A DNA stretch of 64,000 nucleotides. Origin: Eledone cirrhosa. Taxonomy: Eukaryota. Below, one piece after another: positions 27,710 to 41,499 of this stretch. A program made the translations under genes and the position numbers. Where the stretch lies: NCBI GenBank assembly GCA_964016885.1, contig OZ024740.1, forward strand, positions 186,124,001 through 186,188,000. The letters are read 5' to 3'. The notes beneath the pieces were generated by a model. It had not been told where the DNA came from, did not search any database, and saw nothing but the letters and a program-made list of their open reading frames with translations. Positions within the stretch are counted from its first letter, which is position 1; each line of letters starts with the position of its first letter.

Positions 27710-27880
27710 TGTTTTTACATTTGGCACAAGGCCAGCAATTATTCCAGTGTATTACTGGTACTTTATTTTATCGACCACGTAAGGATGAACGGTAAAGTTA
27801 ACCTCGGCGGGATTTGAACTCAGATCATAAAGGGCAGTAACTCTATGTCCGAGTCTACCGATACTGCCAATTTACCGCCT
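27710..27880 (-). mobile_element. tRNA-derived SINE (main family)
   Basis: Matches the family sequence. 20 bp TSD aatttaacaatgaaaataat at 27690-27709 and 27882-27901. Confidence 0.88.
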
Positions 27881-28345
27881 AAATTTAACAATGAAAATAA
27901 TAACAATATATTTGAGTTATTTTATCTACCCATATCATACGGACCCTACCACCAAGGGTAGACCACACTGAAAACAAAAGTATATATATATATGTAATAT
28001 ATGTTGTATCTGTATATATGCAGTATTAATATATTTATGGTGCATTTCGGATGCTTGGTGCTCATTTAATATATATATATATAATAACCTATACATATAT
28101 ATAAAGTATTGATCTCAATTTTGTTTAAAATATATCCTGTGACTTAGACTCATTTATCATTATAGATTATAGGCAATATTGAACGACAGGAAAACATTTT
28201 AATAGTTTGTTAATGTCCACGTCATGAAAGAAGTTACTAATTACTGTTTGCTATTGACATAGAAAACAATTTGAACGTTTAATCGACATATATATATAAT
28301 AAATATAATCGAATAAAGAAATACAAATGTAGATATTATATAATA

Positions 28346-28954
28346 CTAGCAGTGGTACCCGGTGTTGCACGGGATAAGCTATTTTAGAATGCGGACCGCC
28401 AACAGACCTAATCGTGGAAAAACAGCATGCGTGGACAATATGTAAAGAAAATAAACCGATTACTCTGATGGCTGGATAATCTTTAAAATTTTCCTCAATG
28501 AAGCAGGAAAAATGCAGGTTTTCACCTAATGTGGGCCCTAGGGATCAAAAAGTTGAATTGCTTCATGTACATAACACTCCCTTAAACATAAGTAATACAC
28601 ATGTAAAGTTTGAAAAAAGTCGGTTGGGTACTTCTCGAGTTTTAGTGATTCAATCTCACACACACACAGACAGACATCCTCAGGGAAGTGACGTATATTA
28701 TAAGGGTGCGCCGTTATATGTATGTATCTATCTAAAATGAGAAAGACTAAGAATTATAGAGAGAGATCGCTAAATCACCTAATGCGGTCCCTAGGGCATT
28801 GACAATTTGAAATTTTCTTTCCTCATAACACTGCCTGAAACATAAGTATTACATGTGTAAAGTTTGAAAAGAGTCTGTTGGGTGGTTCACGAGTTTCAGG
28901 GATTCAAACTCACACACACAGAGACAGACATCCTCAGTTTTATATATATATAGA
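28346..28954 (-). mobile_element. Non-autonomous Helitron with an internal tandem duplication
   Basis: On the minus strand it starts A|TC and ends CTAG|T, with a subterminal hairpin cccgtgcaacaccggg at 28358-28373. A ~160 bp unit is repeated at about 28523-28684 and 28776-28937. Confidence 0.75.
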
Positions 28955-29299
28955 TAAGTGCAATTTTGCATAATTTATTAGCTTCACTCAAAACATCATA
29001 TATCTTCTTGCATTTCTTACTAATGAACGAGATATAATTCAACATTTGACGACCTATAGTTAGTGGTACTTTTATTAATTGTGTTAGCTGCTATACAAAA
29101 TTTGCAGAGGCAAATTTCATTTGTTCCGCTTCAAAGAGACTGGTAGCTCCGAAATTAAACACCAATAATTACATGTTTTACCTCAGGTTGATTTGATGAT
29201 AGAAAGTCAAGATTTTCAAATTCACTCATTGTACCAGCAAGAAAACACATTCATAGGAAAAGCACAGTGAGTTTTGAGCAATGTAAATTTTAGAGAAAG

Positions 29300-29555
29300 G
29301 CAGAGCTTGCGGAAAGTGAGTTTCAGAGGAATCTGATGTGGTGGGCAAGAGAAAAAACTGCGTTGGTACAGACATGTAATGCGCATGGATGATGATCACT
29401 GGGAGGAGAATTGCCAGGAAATCCCAATTGTAGGAAGCTGAGACTCAGAGGAGATGCCGAAGGAACTCTAAGAGTGTAGAGATGTTGAGCTGAAAAGGAC
29501 CCGCCCAACTAATGCAAGTATGGGAAAATGGACGTGGAAGTCATGACGATGCTGC

Positions 29556-29594
<39 letters not shown>
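29300..29594 (+). mobile_element. Degenerate LINE 3' end with (GAT)n tail
   Basis: KLRWYRHVMRMDDD resembles the RLRWxGHVxR C-terminal motif of RTE-type LINEs. It ends in (gat)n. Confidence 0.55.
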
Positions 29595-30384
29595 CATGTG
29601 CATTAAGTGAAGCCATAGCCGAATGTTAACGTGTATGTGCACATCTATGAAAAGATATAGGTGTACATGTATATAGGTGTCTAAGTGAGTATATCTACAT
29701 GCCTGAAAGAGTGTTGACATATCTATCAGAAGGTGCGTGTGGCTGGAAATATATGTAAGATTGCATGTGCATCTATGCATGGCTACGTATAAGCATATAT
29801 ATGTGTGCCTGTATATATGGGTATATACGTATATGTGTGTGTGTGTAAGAATTTATATAAAATGCGCGCCGATATATACATGCATGGCTGAAGGAATATG
29901 TGTACATGTAAGTTTAGGTCTATATGTTTGTATTAAAAGGGAGTGCATGCATAAACGTATATGCACAAATATTCAGTTTCTTCAATTATCTCACAGCACA
30001 TATCCGGCACACACATAACCCCACTATCCCTTATACCAAACATCTATTACATTTACAATTACATTCTAACATCACACGAAATTCGCCACATGCCTCCACA
30101 CAAGTTCATTAAGACTTCTAAAATGAATAAATATGTTACTATTTACCATTAATCATTCACCACTGACTCTATAAATATTATCCCAACAACTTATGCCAAG
30201 TAAGATAGATTTATATTTATTACCCCTACTCTCATATTTTCAATTCTCTTTACGTTTTTTAGTACTTTTAATAGAATTCATGTAAATGCATCTTTCATTT
30301 GCTTTTTACTCAATATCCATAATTTATATCCACAACTTAGACACAATCCAACAATTTTCCGAGGAGGGTGAAGTCACTGAAATC

Positions 30385-30525
30385 ACCACCAGTGCATTAC
30401 AGGTGCTTTGTTTCGTAAGGATAAAAGGCAAAGCCAACCACAGTGAGATTTGAACTCAAAACGTAAAGGGCCATCATTCTATGCCACAAAGCATGTTTTC
30501 CGACGCTCTACCGATACTGCCGATG
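30385..30525 (-). mobile_element. tRNA-derived SINE (main family, degenerate)
   Basis: gatttgaactc and ctctaccgatactgcc match the family. Confidence 0.7.
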
Positions 30526-30948
30526 CAGTAATAATATTTATATACCACCCAGTCCATTTGAACTACATAACTACTTCTATTGTGATATTTGTAATATCCA
30601 CAGTCAAATGACTTTATAAAATTACGACCAAACCTTAACTGATCTCAACTAACCCACTATCTACAGTATTACCGCACTTACATTTATTCTTCGCAACGAT
30701 TCTTATTTTGAGACTATCTACACTGCAGCCCCAACCGATCCTAATAAAAAACCATATACATACGCTGAGCCGACGACTCATTGTGTCTCGAAGAGGATCA
30801 TAGAACAGACACTTGCTGAAAGATTGTAACTATCATGTAAGGAGATGAGAAATATACAAGTATATTAACGCTGTGTTTATTGAGTTATTCGTCCTTTGCG
30901 AGATACTATGATCACTAAATCAGAATGGTGTTTCAGTCTTTTCGACCT

Positions 30949-31028
<80 letters not shown>

Positions 31029-31579
31029 GGGGGGGGGGGGGGATAATGAGAGTGAGAGACTTCGTACACATCAGGTAATATCTCATATCGATAAAGTTGA
31101 AAGATTACATTCGAACATGAAAAGTTTACAGTCGTTGCCTAGCAAAGATTAAGTAAAAATGTCAAATCTAGACACGTTGGCCGTTTAGAATCTATATAAT
31201 CAATGCCGGTCACATCATCCACGAAAACTATATGATTGTTTCTATTATATTAATTATTTTATCAAGATTTATTTTACAAATATATGATTTAGATAACTTT
31301 TACTAACTTATGCAATCAAACACTTTTAATGGTGTGCGCTTCCGTGTGGTATAAAACTTTCTATAACATGAATATTTTAAAACTTAACACATGATTTTGA
31401 GAATAAGGAGCATCATTTAACATTATTTTGGATGCAAAAATATGATCTCTGATTCAAATAGCTTATCTTGTATTTGTTATCGTGCATGTTTTTAGAAACT
31501 GTATATAACTATTTCAAAAATTCGACAAATATATTTATTAAATATATATATATATATCATTTATATATTATAAATATAC

Positions 31580-31765
31580 GCTATTGCCGTATTTTGACTA
31601 AATAAATTAAAGAAATTATTTAGCCTGATAATGGGGTTAAGAACCGTCGGAGAACTGGAAAGAGATGAGTATTGACGTAAATGGGAGTCGAACCCACATC
31701 TTTGGCTATCCAGACCTCTGTGCTACCATTACCCCAACACACCACCCGGCAAATACGGCGATGGC
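31580..31765 (-). mobile_element. tRNA-containing element with 15 bp terminal inverted repeats, related to 10283-10809
   Basis: Minus strand reads gtaatggtagcac..gtgggttcgactcccat. Ends are gctattgccgtattt and aaatacggcgatggc. It shares gtatt(t)tgactaaata with 10625. Confidence 0.65.
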
Positions 31766-31826
31766 TTATATTATAATTATAATTTCAAACTCGCTCGGTG
31801 TTTCGAAAATATTCTTATATATATAT

Positions 31827-32044
31827 AACGAAGGAAATGTGGTAAGGAACCAGGTGGACCATAACGCACCAAAGTACTCTATACTTAGGGTAGCAGAGTG
31901 GGTAATAATAATAATTTTATTTTTTATTTTATTTGTTTAGTCCAGAATTAGCTGTTCCTATATATATATATATATATATCGTTCCTATATATATATATAT
32001 ATATATATACATATTCTTACTTTATATATATATCTATCTATATA

Positions 32045-32136
<92 letters not shown>

Positions 32137-32324
32137 AAGAATATTTATATATATATATATATAGGAGCAATATATATATATATATATATATAGGAACAGC
32201 TAATTCTGGACTAAACAAATAAAATAAAAAATAAAATTATTATTATTACCCACTCTGCTACCCTAAGTATAGAGTACTTTGGTGCGTTATGGTCCACCTG
32301 GTTCCTTACCACATTTCCTTCGTT
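31827..32324. repeat. ~500 bp palindrome centred on an (AT)n tract
   Basis: 31827-31960 and 32191-32324 appear to be identical reverse complements. Inner islands at 32011-32025 and 32130-32144 are also mirrored. Confidence 0.92.
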
Positions 32325-32380
32325 ATATATATATATATATTTATATGTATATTTATATGTATATATATATATATATATAT

Positions 32381-32463
<83 letters not shown>

Positions 32464-32632
32464 AAGTGGTTACACAACAGTTAGTTCACCATACCAAGAA
32501 CAATTGATTGACCTTAGCGGATCCTCAGCTCGTAATTACGAGCTGAGGATCCGCTGAGGATTACGAGCTGAGTATCCGCTAAGGTGAAACACTTGTCCTC
32601 AGTATGGTGAACTAACTGTTATTTAACCACTT
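32464..32632. repeat. Fold-back element with a loop-less apex and a hammerhead 3'-half motif
   Basis: Apex ctcagctcgta|attacgagctgag, with a local duplication in the right arm. GAAAC-actt-GTC lies at 32586-32597. Confidence 0.85.
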
Positions 32633-32696
32633 CTACCTAACTCGTCCCATGGACTGAGCGCTCTACCACTACGGATATTACCTTCCAGTGTTCTAC

Positions 32697-32731
<35 letters not shown>

Positions 32732-32761
32732 ATACATTAACAGAGAAAGCTTTAAGCAATA

Positions 32762-32794
<33 letters not shown>

Positions 32795-34753
32795 CATTAT
32801 ACGACACTGAGGATATTTCATCAATCAATCGCTTGAAGGTAACACTTGTAAATAGGATATTTAGATTGCATCAATCTCTGATAGAAAATGCAATATATCG
32901 ATTCAGTGATGATGAAGTGGAATAAAGAAGCTCGTGTTTTGCTCTGTTTTCCTTGAGGACATATATATCTTTTCAGATAGTGTTTGTTTGCATACACGTT
33001 TCAATGAAAGATTAGTGAGATTCTAATTAAAACGCAATATTCCTAGGAATATTCCAAATGAAATACATTTCACCAGCTAATAATTTCTTTGGGAACAGAA
33101 ATAACTCTCTGAAAAAAGAAAACGAAAAAGGAATTGAGCATGGGATTCAGATCAATAGTAATTTTTATTTTATTGTTCATTGGTTTTGAGAATAATTTCA
33201 TTGTAAACAATTTTATTTTTTTTTGCTGAACACTTTCGTTGTTATAAAGTTGCACAGCTAAAGATAAGGAAACATACTAACTAGGAGTTAAGGCTGTACA
33301 GATGTTTCCTTACTATCTTTAGGTGTAAAATCCTCTTAAAGCCGATAACACCGCTTTGTTAAACATTTACTTCAAAACTAATCAATTATTCTACCTCATT
33401 CACTTGATATAATTCGTGGGGTTATATTCCTTCACACTCTACCTATAGTGCACGATAACTCTGTATCTAGAAATTTCTTCTCAGGATTATTTTCCCCAGC
33501 CTTAATCGACCTAAGAACGAGCATGTGAGATTTGATTGAAATAACTCAGTATTTATATTACAGCTTACTCATAATGAACACTAATAAACAAACACAGCTT
33601 TTGCGATTAGGTTACTACTAATACATTATTTATTTATGTCGTGCTTTTCCATCACAGAAATAGCAAAGCCACTTAAAGATTAGAAGAGTCTGAAAGGTCT
33701 GAAATTAATATAGAATTTGATGAATGAGACGAAATTAAGTACTAAATAAATCCTCCTTGCCAACGTCCTGTTGTATAATGTTGAGGTAACTTAATTTGCT
33801 CATTATTATTGTTGAGGGAAAGATCGAACAAAAGCTGATTAAATGTTAATTATGCTCTATAATGATTTTGCTGTATGTTAACTTTACACGATGTCATTAC
33901 TGTTGATTTTTATTAACGGTTAAGATGCAATGATGAGATTAAATTCCAGATGGCGTAGTTGATTTTATAATCTCTTAAAGGATAATAAGCTATTGTAATG
34001 CATATTGCACGACGCCAGAAAGATTAGTTTTTCCCTTAACTTCAGCTCGAACACGATGGAGTAGACCATTGATCAAAGCCGTTTTAGCCATGATCATCTC
34101 ATCGTTTCCCGGTTATTGTGTTCATTGAATTAAAGTTTTGTAACATTCTAAAGACATAGGGTATGAATTGAGGAAATTTGGATGCTATTTTCAGCGGGTA
34201 GGGTTACATTTGTTATCCCGAGGAAATGAGTTGATAACTCAGTTGTGTATAAATAGAAGACAAAGAAAATATTAAAAGGTTGGACACAGAAGCTATGTTG
34301 ATAGCTAAATATAACACAAAGCCAGGCAAAAGGATAGAGTATTTTAGTAACAATGTGATTCTAGATACAAAGATATATTCTTTGATGTTCTACTGAATGA
34401 AACGTAACATCAGCGTTCAGAATATTTAAGGCCCGGTCATAAGGAATGAGAAATGAACACGACATCGTTTCCATTATTCTCGCCCATAACAAAATACACA
34501 CAAGGATAACAACCGTAACTACAATCATTAATCTATAGAATACGAGCAAGATCTTGGGACGTTGATGCACCTAGGAGATCTATTGATCTTATTGTTCCAA
34601 ATTGAACATGACGGACAAATGATGAATAGTGAAAAACCGCTAATAACAAAAGTGATGACTAGATTTTAGTTTTGTTTTAATAACACACACACACATACAC
34701 ATCTATTAATACACAAATACATGCACATACTTATATAGCATCATATTTATATA

Positions 34754-34794
<41 letters not shown>

Positions 34795-34918
34795 TATATC
34801 TATATATATTATATATATATATATGTATATGTATATATACACATATGTTATATATATGTATATATATATATGTGTGTATGTATATATATATGTGGGTGGG
34901 TGTGTGTGTGTGTATATG

Positions 34919-34993
<75 letters not shown>

Positions 34994-36237
34994 TGTGTGT
35001 GTGTGAGTGTGTGTGTGTGTGTATGTATGTATGTATTCATATTATATAAAGCATCAAACTTTCGAATCGAAACGCTGACGAATTAAGAATCTCATTGAAA
35101 GTGTAAGAAACTAAGATAGAGAAATAACACCAAATACTGCCGATTGATATAAATAATAGCTAAGGGTATCGGGTAAAATACTCCTGTGTATTGAATGAAA
35201 ACCCATAATTAGATTTATGTATATATAAAATACTGGGTATACTTTCAGTATACGCCAACCGTTTTCGCATACATCCTACATTTAGTCCTACATGTGCAAC
35301 TCCTCCCTCAATTTTAAGATTGTAAGGTAAGGTTTGGGGAAGATTTGGCTGCTATTTCTTGCAATTCATAAAATCAAGTAGAGTCTGCCTTATTTATCTA
35401 CAGACATCAAGTGTTTGGTCATTTTATCCACATCAATTCTAATTGTGCAGACCTATTATCAGAGACGTTCAATTCGTATCCACCCTGTCTTATTTTCAAA
35501 CATGCATCTGTGTGAGATTACATGCATTGTACAAGCTATTCTCTTTTGCAAGGCGGCTGTTTGTAATTTGAGGAGAGTTTGGCTGTTGTTTTTCGCACGT
35601 TGTGTGACTATTTGCACTATCTCTCTCCCTATCTTGTTGACACACATTTAAAAGTTTTTTGAGGCTATATATATTTAAATGTTTCAAGTTGAGAGATTCT
35701 ACAAGATGCTCTACATCAATTTCTCATAACTGTCATACACTAGAACTTACATGTCCCTATGAATATAAAACATATCTTATGAATAGTATATGTAATGACT
35801 GAATTGTAATAAGATTATTTTGTTCATATCCCATTAGATTGAAATAAAGTTCTTGAAATATCTATTATGGCTATATAACAAATATATCATTTGTATTGCA
35901 TTTATTCTGTTTACCTCCTTTATCTAACATTTATGCATATTACATTTTTAAGTGTCTGGAATTTGCATATATGAATACATTTCAAGTATTTACATTTTTT
36001 GTTATACATTAAAATTTAACCTCGTTCATAATGTTACAACCATGTTACAACCATAGGAATATATTATTTTCTAGAACATATACGTATCTACGATCAGCTA
36101 TAAATAACTCACCAATAGTCGTATTAGACAAATGATATGTTGTTCCTACGTAGAAGACTTGTGTGTTTTTGATTACACGCACACGCAGTGTGTATGGACA
36201 TACCTATTGGTAAATAAATATTTTTACTACCTACACA

Positions 36238-36301
<64 letters not shown>

Positions 36302-36406
36302 AATGAAGTAATTCCATCGGAAAAGTCCAGGAAAAAAGAGTGCTCTATGTAGGCAACAGAGCTTAATTATTATTATTATGTAATAAACAACATAAGGCAA
36401 TTATTC

Positions 36407-36460
36407 CATTTACCAGTGGTTTCTTAAAAGCAAAAGGTTTTGCTTTCAATCCTCAGGACG
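36407..36460 (-). ncRNA. Hammerhead ribozyme motif
   Basis: CTGAGGA-ttgaaagcaaaa-cc-ttttgcttttaa-GAAAC-cactg-GTA-aatg. Confidence 0.75.
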
Positions 36461-36744
36461 AAAAAATCCTGGTTTGTTTATTGAATTTGGATTACAAAAT
36501 CAAAAATGCAATCTATATGAAAGTGAGGCTGGAGAAGGGAGAAGGAAAGGAAAAATAAAATAAAATAAAACTACGCATGCAAACACACACACGAAAAAAA
36601 CAACCCCAAAAGCATACTTACACACACATACATATATACATATATATATGTACGCATACATATATACATATACACATATATATAAAACGTACACTTACAT
36701 ACACATACACATATATACACACATATACACATACATACATTAAT

Positions 36745-36781
<37 letters not shown>

Positions 36782-36806
36782 TACACACACACATATATAT
36801 ATGTAC

Positions 36807-36845
<39 letters not shown>

Positions 36846-37280
36846 CACACATACATATACACACACATACACATGTGTGTGTACAAGCATACACATACAC
36901 AAACATAGCCATACACACACACACACATATATACACATACATACATTCACACAAACATACAAAACGTACATACATACACATACATGAATGCACTCCTCTA
37001 CATATTCACACACGCAAATAAATATAAGAAAAAAAAATATATATATATATATATTAAAAATTGTTGACACCGATACATGACCCAGCTAACAGGACATACA
37101 CGCGTGGTAAGTAATACACACAAAAGCACGTATACATACGTACGAAATATTAAACATATACACACACTCTCATACATAAATATACATAAACAAATACAAA
37201 AACATATACATACACATACATACACAAACACGCACACGTATACAATATAAACACACACACATGTATATGTAATTATATAC

Positions 37281-37349
<69 letters not shown>

Positions 37350-37547
37350 CAAAATATAAAAATATAAACGCACACACACACACACACACATATACGTAAA
37401 CACACATATACATACATAGCTAAACAATTATACACATGCAAATACGTATATATCAAAAACACGCACAACCAAATACAAATACACACACACACACACACAC
37501 AACCACACACACACATACATAAAAAAATAATAAATACACACACACAT

Positions 37548-37602
<55 letters not shown>

Positions 37603-37900
37603 TATACACATATACGTACATATACACATATGCATACACATACACACACACATATACATGTGTGTATGTGTAAAACTCAGTATTAGAAAAGACAAATGAA
37701 CCTTACATAAACGTATATATAGTAGTAAAGTAATAAAGCAACATAAGGCAATTATTCCATTCACCAGAGGTTTCTTAAAAGCAAAAAATGTTTCCTTCAA
37801 TCTTCAGAATTAAAAAAATGAAAAAAATGAAAAGAACCTGGTTTATCCACATATACATACATATACACACACAAATATACAAATATATACACATACACAT

Positions 37901-37936
<36 letters not shown>

Positions 37937-38083
37937 ATACACATATATATACATACACATATACATATACATATATATACATATATATATACACACAAAA
38001 ATACATACACATACACATAGGTATGTGAAGGGCAAAACAAAAAGAATACATGGGGGGGGCTAAGAATAGGTAAAATATAAGAG

Positions 38084-38129
<46 letters not shown>

Positions 38130-38434
38130 GTGTATATGTATTAATGTATGTATGTGTATATGTGTGTATATATGTGTATGTGTATGTAAGTGTACGTTTT
38201 ATATATATGTGTATATGTATATATGTATGCGTACATATATATATGTATATATGTATGTGTGTGTAAGTATGCTTTTGGGTTTTTTTTTGGTTTTTTTTTT
38301 GTGTGTGTGTGTTTGCATGCGTAGTTTTATTTTATTTTATTTTTCCTTTCCTTCTCCCTTCTCCAGCCTCACTTTCATATAGATTGCATTTTTGTTTTTG
38401 TAATCCAAATTCAATAAACAAACCAGGATTTTTT

Positions 38435-38488
38435 CGTTCTGAGGATTGAAAGCAAAACCTTTTGCTTTTAAGAAACCACTGGTAAATG
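38435..38488 (+). ncRNA. Hammerhead ribozyme motif
   Basis: cgtt-CTGAGGA-ttgaaagcaaaa-cc-ttttgcttttaa-GAAAC-cactg-GTA-aatg. All three stems can pair. Confidence 0.8.
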
Positions 38489-38529
38489 GAATAATTGCCT
38501 TATGTTGTTTATTACATAATAATAATAAT

Positions 38530-38572
<43 letters not shown>

Positions 38573-38578
<6 letters not shown>

Positions 38579-38847
38579 AGAATAAAAAGAATCAGTATTG
38601 CAACGAATTGGACATATTACAATCGTTTCTCTGGCGACCAGCTCGAGGCACGATCGATGTGACGATCGAACCTGACTCTTAAAATTACAATTCGTAGAAT
38701 CAAGACGTATCTGAGGCCCTTGTGATTTTCAGAGTCAGGTTCGATCATCACATCGATCGTGCCTCGAGCTGGTCGCCAGAGAAACGATTGTAATATGTCC
38801 AATAAATTCCATTCGTAGCAACACTGATTCTCTTTTTTTCTGTGATA
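38573..38847. repeat. Fold-back element, ~120 bp arms, 29 nt loop
   Basis: 38573-38690 is the reverse complement of 38720-38847. The right arm reads ctggtcgccag-a-GAAAC-gatt-GTA..aataaa (hammerhead 3' half; the CUGAnGA core is not intact). Confidence 0.9.
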
Positions 38848-38919
38848 CCATACTCTGCTCTATGAGAGCATCGAGTGCTCATACAGCCTACCGCATACGG
38901 CGCTTTAAGCATCCAACAC

Positions 38920-39026
<107 letters not shown>

Positions 39027-39192
39027 TATACATATATATATTTACATATAGATAAATACATACATATATATATATATTAATAAAAGGAATTCCAGCTGTG
39101 TCTGATTTACTCGTTTTATTTACAATCCTTTAAAATTATAATGGTACTAGAATGAAATAGTATGGTAGAATATTAAAGGTTAAGTGTTAATT

Positions 39193-39229
39193 GAACAAGT
39201 ACTTTCATGCTTTCGCAATCTTCAGGTTC
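39193..39229 (-). ncRNA. Minimal hammerhead ribozyme motif
   Basis: Exact mirror of 39297-39333. Confidence 0.8.
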
Positions 39230-39296
39230 ATATTCTGTGGTGACAGTCAAGTTTGCAATTTTGAAAATTGCAAACTTGACTGTCACCACAGAATAT

Positions 39297-39333
39297 GAAC
39301 CTGAAGATTGCGAAAGCATGAAAGTACTTGTTC
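39297..39333 (+). ncRNA. Minimal hammerhead ribozyme motif
   Basis: gaac-CTGAAGA-ttgc-gaaa-gcat-GAAAG-ta-CTT-gttc. Stem II is GNRA-capped and helix III is the palindrome AGTACT. Confidence 0.8.
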
Positions 39334-39487
39334 AATTAACACTTAACCTTTAATATTCTACCATACTATTTCATTCTAATGCCATTATAATTTCAAAGGA
39401 TTGTAAATAAAACGAGTAAATCAGACAAAGTTGGAATTCCTATTATATATATAATCCTCTATACACAATCATACACGCCGGTGTATA

Positions 39488-39627
<140 letters not shown>

Positions 39628-39680
39628 CATATATATATTTATATACATATATATACATATATATTCATATATAGATAAAT

Positions 39681-39720
<40 letters not shown>

Positions 39721-39721
39721 T

Positions 39722-39755
<34 letters not shown>

Positions 39756-40408
39756 TAGATATATATACATATATATATATATATATAGTGAGATTGATGC
39801 AGAGAAAATCAGACAAAGACTGACAAAATGAAAGAAAGACAAAATGACATTGTTAATATAAATCAAGCATAATTCTTAATTTAGATGTAAGTACATACAA
39901 TAAACCACATTTACTTGAGGGAGACATATAAAGGCAAGTCTTAACATCATAGCAAATAAGTGATTCATAGAGATTATTGCAAATTTAATTTTTAGAATTG
40001 CAGTAGCAGAGGAATCAGTTAGAATCACATGTTGAGCATGAATTAGTATAGCTCGAACAAAGGATATCTTTTACAATCTATTTGAGGAGTTTAAAAGCGT
40101 AGATATCTTTGTACTTTCTTCGGTCTTTTATTGAACAAAGCTGAGGATTCAAATGAGCCTAGAGATGATTAGCGACCTTCAAGTGAGATAAGCAGCCTAA
40201 CCTGGTTCATGCTCATGTGTCATTACATTTATTGTCAACTTTAAATGGATTATATTAGAGTTTCAGTCTTCGCATTTTATACTTGAAATAAGTAAGAAAT
40301 TCTCGGCGATACAGTTACGATTAACGATATTATATATAATCAAGAAAAATTGGCATTGGATAACCACATTGTATATGCATGCATCGGCATTTAACTCACG
40401 GGGGAGAA

Positions 40409-40519
40409 GTAAATATGGTGTTTCAACCACTTCGTTTTGAGGGCCTGCTCTTGCGCAGCCATTAGCATTCTTTCTGTAGCCTTTTTTTTGGTCTCCTCTT
40501 TTCAACCAGTTCCATGTCT
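40409..40519 (-). mobile_element. ~110 bp internal fragment of R4/Dong family A
   Basis: Matches 41842-41951. Confidence 0.85.
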
Positions 40520-40992
40520 TATTGATATAAGGCATTTGTAGGGCATATTAAAACCTGACCGACCCCATCACCTCAGTACAGCATAATTCTTCCAGTGAAG
40601 GATAGAGGATGAGAGAATGGAAGTAAGAAAGAGATATAGAAGAATCAATGCCCAGTACTTGATGCCTACTCTTTACCTGACGGTACTTTTTAATCGAATG
40701 GACGGAAGGCAATGTTGACCTCTGTAAAGCACAATATTGGCCGTACTAACAACTCTGTCAATTCGTGTAACTCTCCAGTTCTAGTTTCCTTTTGTTTTCA
40801 ATAGATAATACCTGGAAATATACCTCATTACTTTATACAGTGGCACCCATGTAAAACTTAAGACTGTTTTCAGCTTTCTACTATGTAAGTAATGAGAATC
40901 AGTCCATATTGTTGGCGTGTATCACCATTGAAATGAAATCCCCCGTGAGGACATGCAGTTATTTTGATTCGGCATAGAGATTGGGCACAAAC

Positions 40993-41159
40993 TCTTCTTC
41001 TTCTTCTTCTTCTTCTTCTTCTTCTTCTTCTTCTTCTTCTTCTTCTTCTTCTTCTTCTTCTTCTTCTTCTTCTTCTTCTTCTTCTTCTTCTTCTTCTTCT
41101 TCTTCTTCTTCTTCTTCTTCTTCTTCTTCTTCTTCTTCTTCTTCTTCTTCTTCTTCTTC
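40993..41159. repeat. (TTC)n microsatellite, about 55 uninterrupted units
   Basis: Read directly from the sequence. Confidence 0.98.
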
Positions 41160-41197
41160 ATTATCATCATCATCATCAACATCATCATCTTATTATT

Positions 41198-41498
41198 ATC
41201 GGTAGAGGGTCTGACGCCATGCTTTGAAGCAAAGAGATACGGCCCAATATGCTCTGAGTTCAAATCCCGCCGAGGTTAACTTTGCCTTTCATCCTTACAG
41301 GGTCGATAAAATAAAGTACCAGTACTGTACTGAGTAATTGCTAGCCTTGTGCCAAAAGTAGAAACAATTATTATTATTATTATTTTCCGCCGAGGTTAAT
41401 TTTGCCTTTCATCCTTATGGGGTAAATAAAATAAAGTACCAGTAATACACTAGCTTATCGCTGGCCTTGTGCCAAAAGTAGAAACAATTATTATTATT
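41198..41498 (+). mobile_element. Two tandem SINEs (main family) with (TTA)n tails
   Basis: 41198-41384 and a 5'-truncated copy at 41386-41498; both end ttgtgccaaaagtagaaacaa(tta)n. Confidence 0.88.
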
Positions 41499-41499
41499 T

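Larger units (their letters stand above)
36366..38534. repeat. Tandem-plus-inverted pLTR-like structure with three hammerhead motifs
   Basis: 36366-~36780 is the reverse complement of ~38090-38534. A third, more diverged copy lies at 37729-37850 in the left-arm orientation. Confidence 0.88.
39085..39441. repeat. Near-perfect palindrome, ~178 bp arms, 1 nt apex, two hammerheads
   Basis: Apex caatttt-g-aaaattg at 39263. Mismatches occur only in the outer part of the arms. (AT)-rich tracts flank both sides. Confidence 0.95.
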
